Shown piece after piece: positions 11,052-19,083 of a stretch of DNA of 64,000 nucleotides. The translations under genes were made by a program, and so were the position numbers. Positions within the stretch are counted from its first letter, which is position 1. Every line of letters begins with the position of its first letter. Where the stretch lies: the NCBI RefSeq assembly GCF_050920415.1, contig NZ_CP169309.1; one strand, 5' to 3'. The notes below the pieces were generated by a model. The model searched no databases, had not been told where the DNA came from, and worked only from the letters and a program-made list of their open reading frames with translations. This DNA comes from Escherichia coli. GTDB lineage: Bacteria; Pseudomonadota; Gammaproteobacteria; Enterobacterales; Enterobacteriaceae.

Positions 11052-12086
11052 TCAATATTTGATATACGCGTCCTGCACTTTGCCGCCAGCGATAGCCAAC
11101 ATTGCTTTCTGCGCGAATTCTTCGGGAATGCCTTGGGCTATCAGATCTGCGATTACTCTGCTGTTAACGGTACGGCGATGCTCTTTATCTGCAGCTCGGC
11201 GCGATTCTTCGTCGGCGATACGCTTCTGTTCGTCAAGGCGGGCTTTTTCTGCCGCCTCTTGGCGTCGGCGTTCCTCGGCAACGGCTTCTTCTTTTTCGCG
11301 TCGTGCACGCTGCTCTGCTTCAATTCGCTGACGTTCTGCTACTTCAGCACGTGCTTTTTCTTCCGCCGCCAGGCGTTCCGCAGCCTCAATTTCAGCTTTC
11401 GCTTTTTGTTCAGCTTCGAGCCTGGCCTGTTCAGCAGCTTCCCGGCGGATATTCTCTTCTCGCTCAATGCGCGCTTTTTCCTCCGCTTCTTTGCGAAGTC
11501 GCTCCAGCTCAGCGGCTTCATGCTCGCGTTTTTGAGCTACTGCGAGTGATTCTTCCAGTTTCTGGATGGTTGAATCCTTGGCTACTCCAGCTTCTGCTGC
11601 GTACTCCTGCCAACTTTCATCAAGTGCTACTGATTTAGCCTCTTGAATTCGTTCCTGAATATCAGATGATGGCAAGTAGTTTCCGGAGAGATCGATCACG
11701 TCAGCTAGTGCTCGCAAATTTGTCAGGCGTTGTTGCAGTGCTTCAGTGCGTAATTTCTCCGCATTTTCCCACTCGGTGAGTGGGCGGCGTACTTCATCAC
11801 GAAGCCGATCGCATTCGGTTACGAAGCGTCGTAACTCTGCTTCAACTACTTTCGGCTGTTCTTTCAGGCGTTTCAGATAATCACGTCCTGGTTTTTCTAC
11901 CGCTGTTTTACTTCTTGAAACCTTCGCAGCCAGAGATGCAATGCGCTTTCTGCCTTTGTCTGTGCTAATGTCAGGCACTTCATTAACACCTTCACGGATC
12001 TGCTCGAGAAACTTTTCCAGCCCTTTTTCAACGTAAATTCTTGGTGCCATGTCTGGTGTGATTTCGATGATTGATAATTCACTCAT
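11052..12086 (-). CDS. coiled-coil phage protein (E/A/R/K-rich C-terminal half)
   Basis: 344 aa, long EAxxRAxxE repeats; function unknown. Confidence 0.6.
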   Translation of the reverse strand: MSELSIIEITPDMAPRIYVEKGLEKFLEQIREGVNEVPDISTDKGRKRIASLAAKVSRSKTAVEKPGRDYLKRLKEQPKVVEAELRRFVTECDRLRDEVRRPLTEWENAEKLRTEALQQRLTNLRALADVIDLSGNYLPSSDIQERIQEAKSVALDESWQEYAAEAGVAKDSTIQKLEESLAVAQKREHEAAELERLRKEAEEKARIEREENIRREAAEQARLEAEQKAKAEIEAAERLAAEEKARAEVAERQRIEAEQRARREKEEAVAEERRRQEAAEKARLDEQKRIADEESRRAADKEHRRTVNSRVIADLIAQGIPEEFAQKAMLAIAGGKVQDAYIKY

Positions 12087-12244
12087 TTGCTAACCTCCTC
12101 CCATATCTCGTTATCGTTGGCCACATCGCGAGCTTCTTTGCTGACGAAAGCCCACTTAATGCCTTCCTGTAAGGTGCGGAACTTCCAGCTCATGAATCCG
12201 CATGCAGTAACGCAGTACCAACCGTTGATGATTTTCCACTGCAT
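12083..12244 (-). CDS. small Cys-containing protein (53 aa), first gene of leftward early operon
   Basis: MQWKIINGWYCVTACGFMSW...; GAGGT RBS; stop overlaps next ATG; not in ORF track (<60 aa). Confidence 0.4.
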   Translation of the reverse strand: MQWKIINGWYCVTACGFMSWKFRTLQEGIKWAFVSKEARDVANDNEIWEEVSK

Positions 12245-12263
12245 AACTTGTTACCTCGGTCTG

Positions 12264-12278
12264 TTACCGTTGAGGTAA
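12264..12278. promoter_or_regulatory. operator-like palindrome TTACC GTTGA GGTAA (OL-type)
   Basis: Upstream of leftward early operon; extra TTACC half-site at 12251-12255. Confidence 0.5.
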
Positions 12279-12325
12279 TAATTATGCGTATCTGGTTTGA
12301 TGTCAATAGATATGAGTTAAAAAAA

Positions 12326-12340
12326 TTACCCGTTAGGTAA
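12326..12340. promoter_or_regulatory. operator-like palindrome TTACC CGTTA GGTAA (OL-type)
   Basis: Between repressor terminator and leftward early operon. Confidence 0.5.
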
Positions 12341-12347
12341 TCGAATA

Positions 12348-12377
12348 GGCAATAAAAAAGCCGCCATAAGGCGGCTT
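12348..12377 (-). terminator. rho-independent terminator after repressor gene
   Basis: aagccgcc-ttat-ggcggctt hairpin then TTTTTTATT on minus strand. Confidence 0.7.
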
Positions 12378-12397
12378 ACTTACTGAAAAATATGATT

Positions 12398-12982
12398 TTA
12401 TTGTTTGTTTTTTTCGTTCTGGTTGATGACAAATTCAATGTAACTTTCGATCTTTGCCTTCTCTGTTTCAGGTAACAATGCGTAGCGCGAGCGGTCATAG
12501 TTGATAGTTGCAGGGTCATGCGGATGAATCAGTAGTTCATATCCGTGACGCCCGAATGCAGATGCAACATTCTCCAGGGTGGAAATGGAAACGCTGACCT
12601 CATTGTTTAACAGGCGGCTGATTGTCACCTGGGCGACGCCGGATGCGCGGTGAAGTTTTCCCTGTGTTGAAAGGTCGCGGCTTTCGCTCATCCAGCGTTC
12701 CAGGTTGTGAGCCGCCAGCTGACCAATGTCGCTTGGGCCGACAGGCTGAAAACCTTCCTGAGAAAGCGAGCGATCGATATCAAGCCAGTTACGGGGTTTA
12801 TTGGCGGCAGCTTCAATTTTTCGCGCAACCTGGTCGCCGATAACCTTCTTGCCAAGAGCCCAGCGGTTTACCAGATTTGCCTGAGTTCCAAGTTTTTCTG
12901 CCATCCGCGTCTGAACACCATTGAATTCACGGTCGATCAAGTCGTTGAGATTTTGCCTGCGGACGTCCTGGATACTTTTCAT
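12398..12982 (-). CDS. phage repressor, tandem HTH_XRE domains (CI-like, no peptidase domain)
   Basis: 194 aa; HTH at GVQTRMAEKLGTQANLVNRW and at HRASGVAQVTISRLLNNEVSVSISTLENVA; divergent from Cro-like gene. Confidence 0.65.
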   Translation of the reverse strand: MKSIQDVRRQNLNDLIDREFNGVQTRMAEKLGTQANLVNRWALGKKVIGDQVARKIEAAANKPRNWLDIDRSLSQEGFQPVGPSDIGQLAAHNLERWMSESRDLSTQGKLHRASGVAQVTISRLLNNEVSVSISTLENVASAFGRHGYELLIHPHDPATINYDRSRYALLPETEKAKIESYIEFVINQNEKNKQ

Positions 12983-13037
12983 TTTCTGGAAAATCGCCTC
13001 ATATATGAATCAGTAGATGATTCAATTTAAAGCAATA

Positions 13038-13052
13038 TTACCCAACAGGTAA
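13038..13052. promoter_or_regulatory. operator O1 (TTACC CAACA GGTAA)
   Basis: In repressor/cro divergent intergenic region. Confidence 0.55.
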
Positions 13053-13054
13053 AT

Positions 13055-13069
13055 GCACCTCATAGGTAA
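13055..13069. promoter_or_regulatory. operator O2 (GCACC TCATA GGTAA)
   Basis: 2-bp gap from O1. Confidence 0.5.
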
Positions 13070-13085
13070 CTATCCTTGATTTTTG

Positions 13086-13100
13086 TTACCTTATGGGTGA
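13086..13100. promoter_or_regulatory. operator O3 (TTACC TTATG GGTGA)
   Basis: ~35 bp upstream of cro-like start. Confidence 0.5.
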
Positions 13101-13136
13101 ATATTTATTATCTGAAATAAATATCAGGCAATAGCT

Positions 13137-13367
13137 ATGAGCGATAACGGACATTTCGATTTCAAAAAGCACTGGCTTGCACTTACTCCGGATGAGCGTG
13201 AAGCCTTCGCACAGGAAGCCGGAACGACGAGTCACTATATCCAGACTCACTTAACAGGTAAGCGAAAAATGCCAGGTAAAGTATTGATGAATGGGCTTTT
13301 TAAAGCCTGTAAAACAAGACAATGGCTGCGCTCAAAAGCAGAACTGGCATACTTCTTCTACTCATGA
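13137..13367 (+). CDS. Cro/YdaS-like HTH regulator
   Basis: 76 aa, divergent from repressor; ...TTSHYIQTHLTGKRKMP... HTH pattern. Confidence 0.6.
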   Translation: MSDNGHFDFKKHWLALTPDEREAFAQEAGTTSHYIQTHLTGKRKMPGKVLMNGLFKACKTRQWLRSKAELAYFFYS

Positions 13368-13388
13368 TATCCAGCTACAACCCTCTGT

Positions 13389-13412
13389 AGACCGCCATCC
13401 GGCGGTCTTTTC
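13389..13412 (+). terminator. rho-independent terminator after cro-like gene
   Basis: gaccgcc-atcc-ggcggtc then TTTTCAT. Confidence 0.65.
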
Positions 13413-13421
13413 ATATCTATT

Positions 13422-13436
13422 CGTACCTTAAAGGTA
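13422..13436. promoter_or_regulatory. operator-like palindrome GTACC TTAAA GGTAA ahead of replication operon
   Basis: Immediately after cro terminator. Confidence 0.5.
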
Positions 13437-13517
13437 ATAAAAAACCAAATCTGGTTGATCTTTTTTTTGTGTCAGCACAAAATAACCGTAATCCCAATAC
13501 TAATAACAGGGCTTACC

Positions 13518-13718
13518 ATGGAAATCATTACACGTATTGATGCCGCAAAGCGCGGACTTAAACGCTACTACACCGGAAAACCATGTAAGCACGGACATGA
13601 CAGTGAACGCTGGGTTTACAACGGACACTGTGTTGAGTGCACCATGGAATCAAACCGTCGCATTAGGGCAGAGATTAAGCAGATCATGATTAATTCCTCC
13701 CCACAACATTCAAGCTGA
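13518..13718 (+). CDS. small zinc-finger protein
   Basis: 66 aa from internal ATG; KPCKHGHDSERWVYNGHCVEC Cys/His cluster. Confidence 0.45.
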   Translation: MEIITRIDAAKRGLKRYYTGKPCKHGHDSERWVYNGHCVECTMESNRRIRAEIKQIMINSSPQHSS

Positions 13719-13733
13719 TAGCGGAGATTAATC

Positions 13734-14549
13734 ATGAGCAGACATGCAACAGATTGGGCCTGGGAGACAGATCCAGGCAGCTCATCATTAAAGCTCATAC
13801 TGCTCTCGATGGCTGACAGAGCCGATGAATATAACCTCTGCTACCCCAGCATAGAACGCCTCGTTAAAGACACTTGCCTGAATAAAAAAACCGTGCAGGC
13901 CGGGCTTATATCGCTCATGAAAATGGGGCTTATTTCAGATACCGGAGAGAGAAAGGGAGCGACGAAAAGAGTGCGGGTTTTCTCTCTTAATATAACCAAA
14001 AACGGGAACATTAAAGGCAACCGGGAAGGGAGTAATGAACCCGAAAACGGAAATGTTACCGAAAACGGGAATATACCCAAAAACGGGATGTTGAATGATC
14101 CCAAAAACGGGATGTTGAATGATCCCAAAAACGGGATCCAGAACCAGTCATATAACCAGTCATTTAACCAAGAGAGGGGGAGCAGGACAAAAACCGGGGA
14201 TTCTGTGCCTCATGACCCCGGCGCAAACAACGCCGTGATGAATAACTTTGTTCCTCCTGGTGGGCCAGGGCAATTAGGCAAATTTGTCATGCATGAACAA
14301 TGGCAACCATCAGATGACTTTCTTCGGAAAAGCTCATTGCAGGGAATCTACCTGGACAGTCTGCCAACGGCACAGGAACTTGCAGAGTTCAGAATTTACT
14401 GGATGGCTGAGGGTAAGGCATACCATCAGGCACAGTGGGAGCAGAAGCTGGCAAGGCGGCTGCAGATTAGCAGACAGAAGCAATCAACATTACCTGATAA
14501 CAACGTTCCGCACTGGAACAGCCCTGAAGCGTGGGAGGATTTCTTGTGA
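13734..14549 (+). CDS. replication initiator (lambda O-like role) with internal iterons
   Basis: 271 aa; N-terminal HTH-like domain; repeat-encoded ENGN/PKNG peptide stretch; directly upstream of P-like gene. Confidence 0.6.
   Translation: MSRHATDWAWETDPGSSSLKLILLSMADRADEYNLCYPSIERLVKDTCLNKKTVQAGLISLMKMGLISDTGERKGATKRVRVFSLNITKNGNIKGNREGSNEPENGNVTENGNIPKNGMLNDPKNGMLNDPKNGIQNQSYNQSFNQERGSRTKTGDSVPHDPGANNAVMNNFVPPGGPGQLGKFVMHEQWQPSDDFLRKSSLQGIYLDSLPTAQELAEFRIYWMAEGKAYHQAQWEQKLARRLQISRQKQSTLPDNNVPHWNSPEAWEDFL
13998..14141. repeat. iteron array (AAAACGGGA core, ~6 copies incl. two exact 24-bp tandem units at 14076-14099 and 14100-14123); putative ori
   Basis: Direct repeats read in sequence inside initiator gene. 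Confidence 0.6.
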
Positions 14550-15331
14550 ACAACGTTTTTACCGCGATACAAAACCGTGACGGAGAAGCCCTTTCTCGCA
14601 TGTCAGGTTATGAGCATCAATACGTCAACAATGACAATGTGGTGAACATGTCAGCAGAGAGGCTTGTTGATGCCCTTTTCAAACAGCTGAAACAACTGTT
14701 TCCGGCGGCAGTAGTAACCAACCTGAAGACGCCAGAGCAGGAAGTTGCTGCAAAACAGCAGTGGATTGCTGCGTTTGCCGAAGGTGGGATCCGAACCCGT
14801 GAACAGGTTTCTGCTGGTATGCGCCACGCTCGCGCCAGTGAGTCTCCGTTCTGGCCGTCGCCAGGGCAATTCATCAAGTGGTGTAAAGACAGCAAGATGG
14901 TTCTTGGCGTCACCATTGACGATGTGATGGCGGAGTTTCACCGGTACAGCAAGGAAAAAAGTTTATATCCTGGTGGTCCCGAAAGATTCCCGTGGCGACA
15001 TCCGGTTATGTACTGGGTCGTATGTGATACCCGCCGTGCAATGTATCAGCGCCAGCTTAGCGAGATTGAGGTTGAGAAACACGCGCGCAGGCTGCTCGAT
15101 GATTGGGCGAAAAAGGTGGCTTCCGGACAGCAGATACCCGATCCGGTGATCAGCATACAGGCAAAGCCAGAGCCCATGAGTACGCCTCCGGACACAGGGA
15201 GAGACGTTTACCATCCACCAGGGCGAAGTTTCGGGTGTATGCCTAACGCCGCCACCCTGGGGGGAATAACACCGGCGCAGTGGCTAATGGAGGAATACAG
15301 GCGGGGAAAGGCGGCAGGATTTATCAAGTAA
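14546..15331 (+). CDS. lambda P-like replicative helicase loader
   Basis: Alignable by eye to lambda P: ...QWIAAFAEGGIRTREQVSAGMRHAR...PFWPSPGQFIKWCK; GTG start overlaps initiator stop. Confidence 0.7.
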   Translation: MNNVFTAIQNRDGEALSRMSGYEHQYVNNDNVVNMSAERLVDALFKQLKQLFPAAVVTNLKTPEQEVAAKQQWIAAFAEGGIRTREQVSAGMRHARASESPFWPSPGQFIKWCKDSKMVLGVTIDDVMAEFHRYSKEKSLYPGGPERFPWRHPVMYWVVCDTRRAMYQRQLSEIEVEKHARRLLDDWAKKVASGQQIPDPVISIQAKPEPMSTPPDTGRDVYHPPGRSFGCMPNAATLGGITPAQWLMEEYRRGKAAGFIK

Positions 15332-15336
15332 TACCA

Positions 15337-15357
15337 GCGCGATAGCGCATTTTTTTA
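15337..15357 (+). terminator. weak terminator after replication genes
   Basis: short GC hairpin then TTTTTTT. Confidence 0.35.
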
Positions 15358-15368
15358 CGTCTCAATAA

Positions 15369-15383
15369 TTACCTATAAGGTAA
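15369..15383. promoter_or_regulatory. operator-like palindrome TTACC TATAA GGTAA
   Basis: Intergenic, upstream of 15449 operon. Confidence 0.5.
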
Positions 15384-15430
15384 CAAAATATTCTAAACTC
15401 TATTGATTTAGTGTCTTATGTGGTTTTTAA

Positions 15431-15445
15431 TTACCTCAGAGGTAA
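15431..15445. promoter_or_regulatory. operator-like palindrome TTACC TCAGA GGTAA overlapping RBS of next gene
   Basis: Ends 4 bp before ATG at 15449. Confidence 0.5.
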
Positions 15446-15448
15446 ATC

Positions 15449-15796
15449 ATGAGAAAACAGATACAGGCTCTTGGTCGACTCAAAACAGGCCAGATGAACA
15501 AAACAGAATCTGCGTATTGCCAGCACCTTGAGCAGCGTAAACGTGCAGGGGAAATCGCCTGGTATCGATTCGAGGGTATCAAGCTGCGGTTAGCTGACAA
15601 CACGTTCTATACGCCCGATTTCGCTGTGATGCTCGCCACCGGCGAGATGGAGCTGCACGAAGTGAAAGGGGGATTCTGGACCGATGACGCCAGAGTGAAA
15701 ACCAAAGTCGCCGCAGATCAGTATCCGTTCCGAATCATCGGGGTAACGGTTAAGCCAAAGAAAGCAGGTGGTGGCTGGAACATCGAAGAGTTCTGA
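15449..15796 (+). CDS. small PD-(D/E)XK-fold nuclease-like protein (VRR-NUC/resolvase-like)
   Basis: 115 aa; PDFAV...ELHEVKGG matches D...ExK signature. Confidence 0.45.
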   Translation: MRKQIQALGRLKTGQMNKTESAYCQHLEQRKRAGEIAWYRFEGIKLRLADNTFYTPDFAVMLATGEMELHEVKGGFWTDDARVKTKVAADQYPFRIIGVTVKPKKAGGGWNIEEF

Positions 15797-15857
15797 ATCG
15801 ACGATCTTTTTAGTTATCAATGTAATCAATAAGTTATGTGGATAAGCGAGGGTAAAG

Positions 15858-16697
15858 ATGGAAAGTAATATCAAAGGGTTAGTTTCCGCCGGGCATGAGA
15901 TGGCTTCGGAACTGAAAGCAGAATGTGGTGCCGTTGATATGCGCAGTGTGGCAAAGCTGATCAGCGATTTGGCAACGCAACTGGAAGTGCAACTGGTGCG
16001 TGCTAATGCGCAGGACGAAGACAACCAGAGAGCCATTGAGTCAATTAAACAGGCTGATTCGGCTGTTAAGTTGGCACACGAGAAGTTTTCGGCGCTGGCG
16101 GCGAAACGTGCAATTCCAGCAATGGAACGCCTGTTAATGTTGCCAGCTGATGATGATTTGTTAAGTGAACAGGAACTTAAAGATTACGGTGTGGATATTG
16201 ATGCGCTCAACGCCTTCAAATTTCTGGCCGGACCAGAAACCGTGCTGGCACTACTGGATGAACGGGAAAGAAACCAGCAATACATCAAACGCCGTGACCA
16301 GGAGAACGAGGATATTGCGCTAACGGTAGGGAAGCTGAGAGTTGAGCTTGAGGAAGCAAAATCAAAACTCAACGAGCAGCGTGAGTATTACGAAGGTGTT
16401 ATCTCGGATGGAAGTAAGCGCATAGCAGAACTGGAAGCGCGGGAAATAAAACCAGCCAAAGGTGAAGTTCTGGTCGTTGTATCTGGTTTTACTGGTTGCG
16501 GAAAAAGCGCCATTGCCGGGGAAATAGAAATCGCGATGAAGGCTATTGGTGTACCGGTTAAGTGGACTAATGGCGATGCAGAAAAGCGCATGACTGGCGC
16601 TGACTGGCTGACTGCGATTGAGATGTACAAACCAACTGTGCGCATCGTGGAAGTTAATGTGCCCCGCGCCGCTGGCATTCGCATCAAAGGAAAGTGA
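15858..16697 (+). CDS. Ead/Ea22-like phage protein
   Basis: 279 aa; recalled similarity to lambdoid Ea22 family. Confidence 0.45.
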   Translation: MESNIKGLVSAGHEMASELKAECGAVDMRSVAKLISDLATQLEVQLVRANAQDEDNQRAIESIKQADSAVKLAHEKFSALAAKRAIPAMERLLMLPADDDLLSEQELKDYGVDIDALNAFKFLAGPETVLALLDERERNQQYIKRRDQENEDIALTVGKLRVELEEAKSKLNEQREYYEGVISDGSKRIAELEAREIKPAKGEVLVVVSGFTGCGKSAIAGEIEIAMKAIGVPVKWTNGDAEKRMTGADWLTAIEMYKPTVRIVEVNVPRAAGIRIKGK

Positions 16698-16698
16698 T

Positions 16699-16920
16699 AT
16701 GGCTAACTCATTACTTGAAACCTGCAACAACTGGCAGATTCAGAGGGCGGAGATTTTATCTCGCAATCCAGATATGGCAATGACAATCGATAATCTGGAT
16801 ACGCTAATTGAACGTACCGTGCGTTCTGCAATTGATATAGCACGTCGAGTTGACTGGGATTTCAGAGAAGCGGAGCGGCTTGCTAAAGAGCAGGAGAAAG
16901 CAGCGGGTAAAGGAGACTGA
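16699..16920 (+). CDS. hypothetical protein
   Basis: ATG at 16699 two bases after upstream stop; 73 aa. Confidence 0.4.
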   Translation: MANSLLETCNNWQIQRAEILSRNPDMAMTIDNLDTLIERTVRSAIDIARRVDWDFREAERLAKEQEKAAGKGD

Positions 16921-16921
16921 T

Positions 16922-17119
16922 ATGGATAAAAACACCACTGCTTACTGGAATCTGTCACTTGATACCGAATGCCCAAAATGCGGTCACAATTTCGATCTGC
17001 TTTGTGATGCTGATTTCTGGGAGTTTTCTGGAGCTAAACAGGCATGTGAAGAAATAAAAGGTTACGAAACATGCTGTCCAGAATGTAACCATGAATTTAA
17101 AACAGATTTCGTGTATTGA
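16922..17119 (+). CDS. zinc-ribbon protein
   Basis: CPKCGH...CCPECNH; ATG two bases after upstream stop. Confidence 0.4.
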   Translation: MDKNTTAYWNLSLDTECPKCGHNFDLLCDADFWEFSGAKQACEEIKGYETCCPECNHEFKTDFVY

Positions 17120-17129
17120 GGCATAACAA

Positions 17130-17915
17130 ATGACCACTATTACCAGAGAACAGGCACAGAAAATTATTGAAGCAGCCGATGAGGTTATTAGTGCGCTGGC
17201 CGGAACTAACGAGGATGTTCACCCTGGTAGCGATAACATGCTACGCCTGTGGGATGACCTGAATGACCGTTACGCGCCGCCGGAAGTTGTGCGTGAGCTG
17301 GCGCGTATCGTGCTGGCATCGCTGGAAGCAGAACCAGTTGCTTATATTTTCAAACATCCGGCCGGGAAATTATTCTGGGCTTTAACGGATGAAAGCAATA
17401 AAGAGCAAGCGGACGTTATTCCTGTTTATGCTGCCGCGCCTGCGTCGGTTGTGCCGGATGATGCATCAGGGTCGCTTGCTTATGCTTACAAAGAGCTTAC
17501 GCCTGAGATTATGCGCGGTCATATCGCTGTATTCGAGCGATATGGAATAGCCCCAAACGATAGCATTACCACAATTCAGGCACTGCGAATCGCGCTGGAT
17601 GGCATAGAGCGGAGCGACGCCATGCTTCATGGTGCCGAACCCGTAAGCCAAACTTACAAGTTGAACGAGCTATCTGGCAACTATCCGGCAACTCCGGATA
17701 GTTGGATAAGCTGTAGTGAGCGAATGCCGGAAAAGAACAAGAACGTGCTTATTTCGGTGAATTTCGACAGCTCTCTGGTTGAACCGCTAATATGCTCCGC
17801 ACGCTATACCGGAAGCACATTCCGGCGAGGAGAAGCAACGATTAAGCCGGGTAATGGTATTGAGCAGGCAACTCACTGGATGCCGCTACCGGAACCGCCG
17901 CAGGAGGTGAAGTAA
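17130..17915 (+). CDS. DUF551-like phage protein
   Basis: C-terminal W.SCSERMPE...HWMPLPEPP motif. Confidence 0.5.
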   Translation: MTTITREQAQKIIEAADEVISALAGTNEDVHPGSDNMLRLWDDLNDRYAPPEVVRELARIVLASLEAEPVAYIFKHPAGKLFWALTDESNKEQADVIPVYAAAPASVVPDDASGSLAYAYKELTPEIMRGHIAVFERYGIAPNDSITTIQALRIALDGIERSDAMLHGAEPVSQTYKLNELSGNYPATPDSWISCSERMPEKNKNVLISVNFDSSLVEPLICSARYTGSTFRRGEATIKPGNGIEQATHWMPLPEPPQEVK

Positions 17916-18020
17916 TGAACAAGTGCAACGCTCTGCTTTATGCCATGGTGATTGGTTTCGGCCTGGCTGCTGGTATCCGGGTTTATATTGCCTGGGAGTC
18001 ATTAATCAATCTGGCGTGGA

Positions 18021-18368
18021 GTGCGATTCGTGGCTAAATCCCCCGCAGAACGCAAAGCCGCGCAGCGCGCTCGGCAGTCCGCCGCCGGTGAGCGCAAAAT
18101 TGAACTGGTGCTGGATAAGCAGGAGCAGGAAATGCTGGAGCGTAACTGTGCCGCCCGTCGCCCTGGTCGTGCGCCGTATGAAATGAGCGAATACATCGCG
18201 TTACTGATCCGCCAGGATGATGCACGCGTGCGCGGGCGTATAAAATCGATCAGCAGAAAACGTTGCGGTAAGTGCGGCGAGAGAGTTCCAGTTAATTCAT
18301 GCCCGTGTAATGGTGACTCGCAATGCTGGGTGACTAAAGGCTGGCATGAAACGAAATTAATAGTGTGA
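18021..18368 (+). CDS. hypothetical Cys-rich protein (start uncertain, GTG 18021 or 18030)
   Basis: ORF ending in palindrome; RKRCGKCGERVPVNSCPCNG cluster. Confidence 0.4.
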   Translation: MRFVAKSPAERKAAQRARQSAAGERKIELVLDKQEQEMLERNCAARRPGRAPYEMSEYIALLIRQDDARVRGRIKSISRKRCGKCGERVPVNSCPCNGDSQCWVTKGWHETKLIV

Positions 18369-18376
18369 CATGTCAC
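18364..18376. repeat. palindrome TGTGACATGTCAC, copy 1
   Basis: Perfect 13-bp palindrome; 42 bp before terminator hairpin. Confidence 0.6.
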
Positions 18377-18417
18377 GAGTAGATTATGCATGATGAATTT
18401 GATGGATTTTGAATACT

Positions 18418-18443
18418 GCCGCCAACTATGGCGGCTTTATTTT
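18418..18443 (+). terminator. rho-independent terminator before packaging operon
   Basis: gccgcc-aactat-ggcggc then TTTATTTT. Confidence 0.65.
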
Positions 18444-18454
18444 GCATGGTACTA

Positions 18455-18469
18455 TTACCACAACGGTAA
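18455..18469. promoter_or_regulatory. operator-like palindrome TTACC ACAAC GGTAA upstream of terS
   Basis: Flanked by partial half-sites (CTATTACCAC repeated). Confidence 0.5.
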
Positions 18470-18486
18470 CTATTACCACGGTGGTT

Positions 18487-19083
18487 ATGATGCCTGCTGA
18501 ACCTAAAACCTATAAACGCAAATCAACGCAATTTAAGCCGCTCACAGCAATGCAGGAGGCTTATTGCCAGTCATACATCAAAACGCCTGAAAACCAGACT
18601 CAGGCAGCGATTAACGCAGGATTCTCCCCAAACACAGCGGCAGTTAAAGCCAGTGTCATGATGCGCGATGAACGCATTCAGAAACGGATTGCCGAGTTGA
18701 TGGAGGAGCGCAACAAACGAATGCGCGTCAGTGCTGATTACGTTCTCATGCGCCTGGTGGAGATCGACCAGATGGACGTGATCGACATCCTCAACGACGA
18801 TGGGAGCCTTAAACCAATCCGTGAGTGGCCGAAAATCTGGCGCACTACGCTTAGTGGCTTTGATCTGTCGTCGACCATCATGAACATGAACGAGGATTCG
18901 ATAGAGACAATCCTCAAAAAAATTAAATGGCCTGACAAGGTGAAGAACCTTGAGCTGATTGGTAAGCATGTTGATGTCAACGCGTTCAAAGAACGTCTGG
19001 ATGTTAATGTGAATGTGACAATTGCTGATCGCATAGCAGCAGCCAGGAAGCGACTCAAAGAACGTCAGGATGGTAATCAGTGA
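18487..19083 (+). CDS. terminase small subunit
   Basis: 198 aa directly upstream of and overlapping large terminase; HTH-like N-terminus. Confidence 0.6.
   Translation: MMPAEPKTYKRKSTQFKPLTAMQEAYCQSYIKTPENQTQAAINAGFSPNTAAVKASVMMRDERIQKRIAELMEERNKRMRVSADYVLMRLVEIDQMDVIDILNDDGSLKPIREWPKIWRTTLSGFDLSSTIMNMNEDSIETILKKIKWPDKVKNLELIGKHVDVNAFKERLDVNVNVTIADRIAAARKRLKERQDGNQ

Noticed and set aside
11133-11638. Plus-strand ORFs of 138 and 111 aa inside the coiled-coil gene
   Set aside because: Products of reading the low-complexity repeat on the wrong strand (Phe/Leu-rich); the minus-strand gene has coupled neighbours.
13038-13100. Operators as lambda cI-type sites
   Set aside because: Lambda operators have a different half-site spacing (CACC-N3-GGTG core); these are TTACC-N5-GGTAA and the repressor is a tandem-HTH protein, so a different specificity is implied.
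17915-18037. 40-aa hydrophobic ORF overlapping the end of the DUF551 gene
   Set aside because: Too short and unsupported to call; overlaps the alternative start of the next ORF. Could be a real small membrane protein.
18364-18376. TGTGACATGTCAC as a CRP binding site
   Set aside because: CRP sites are TGTGA-N6-TCACA; this palindrome has a 4-bp spacer, so CRP is unlikely.
18448-18479. Tandem direct repeat GGTA(A)CTATTACCAC upstream of terS, first read as a possible pac or activator site
   Set aside because: On inspection the repeat contains a full TTACC-ACAAC-GGTAA palindrome (18455-18469), so it is better explained as another member of the operator family plus a half-site.
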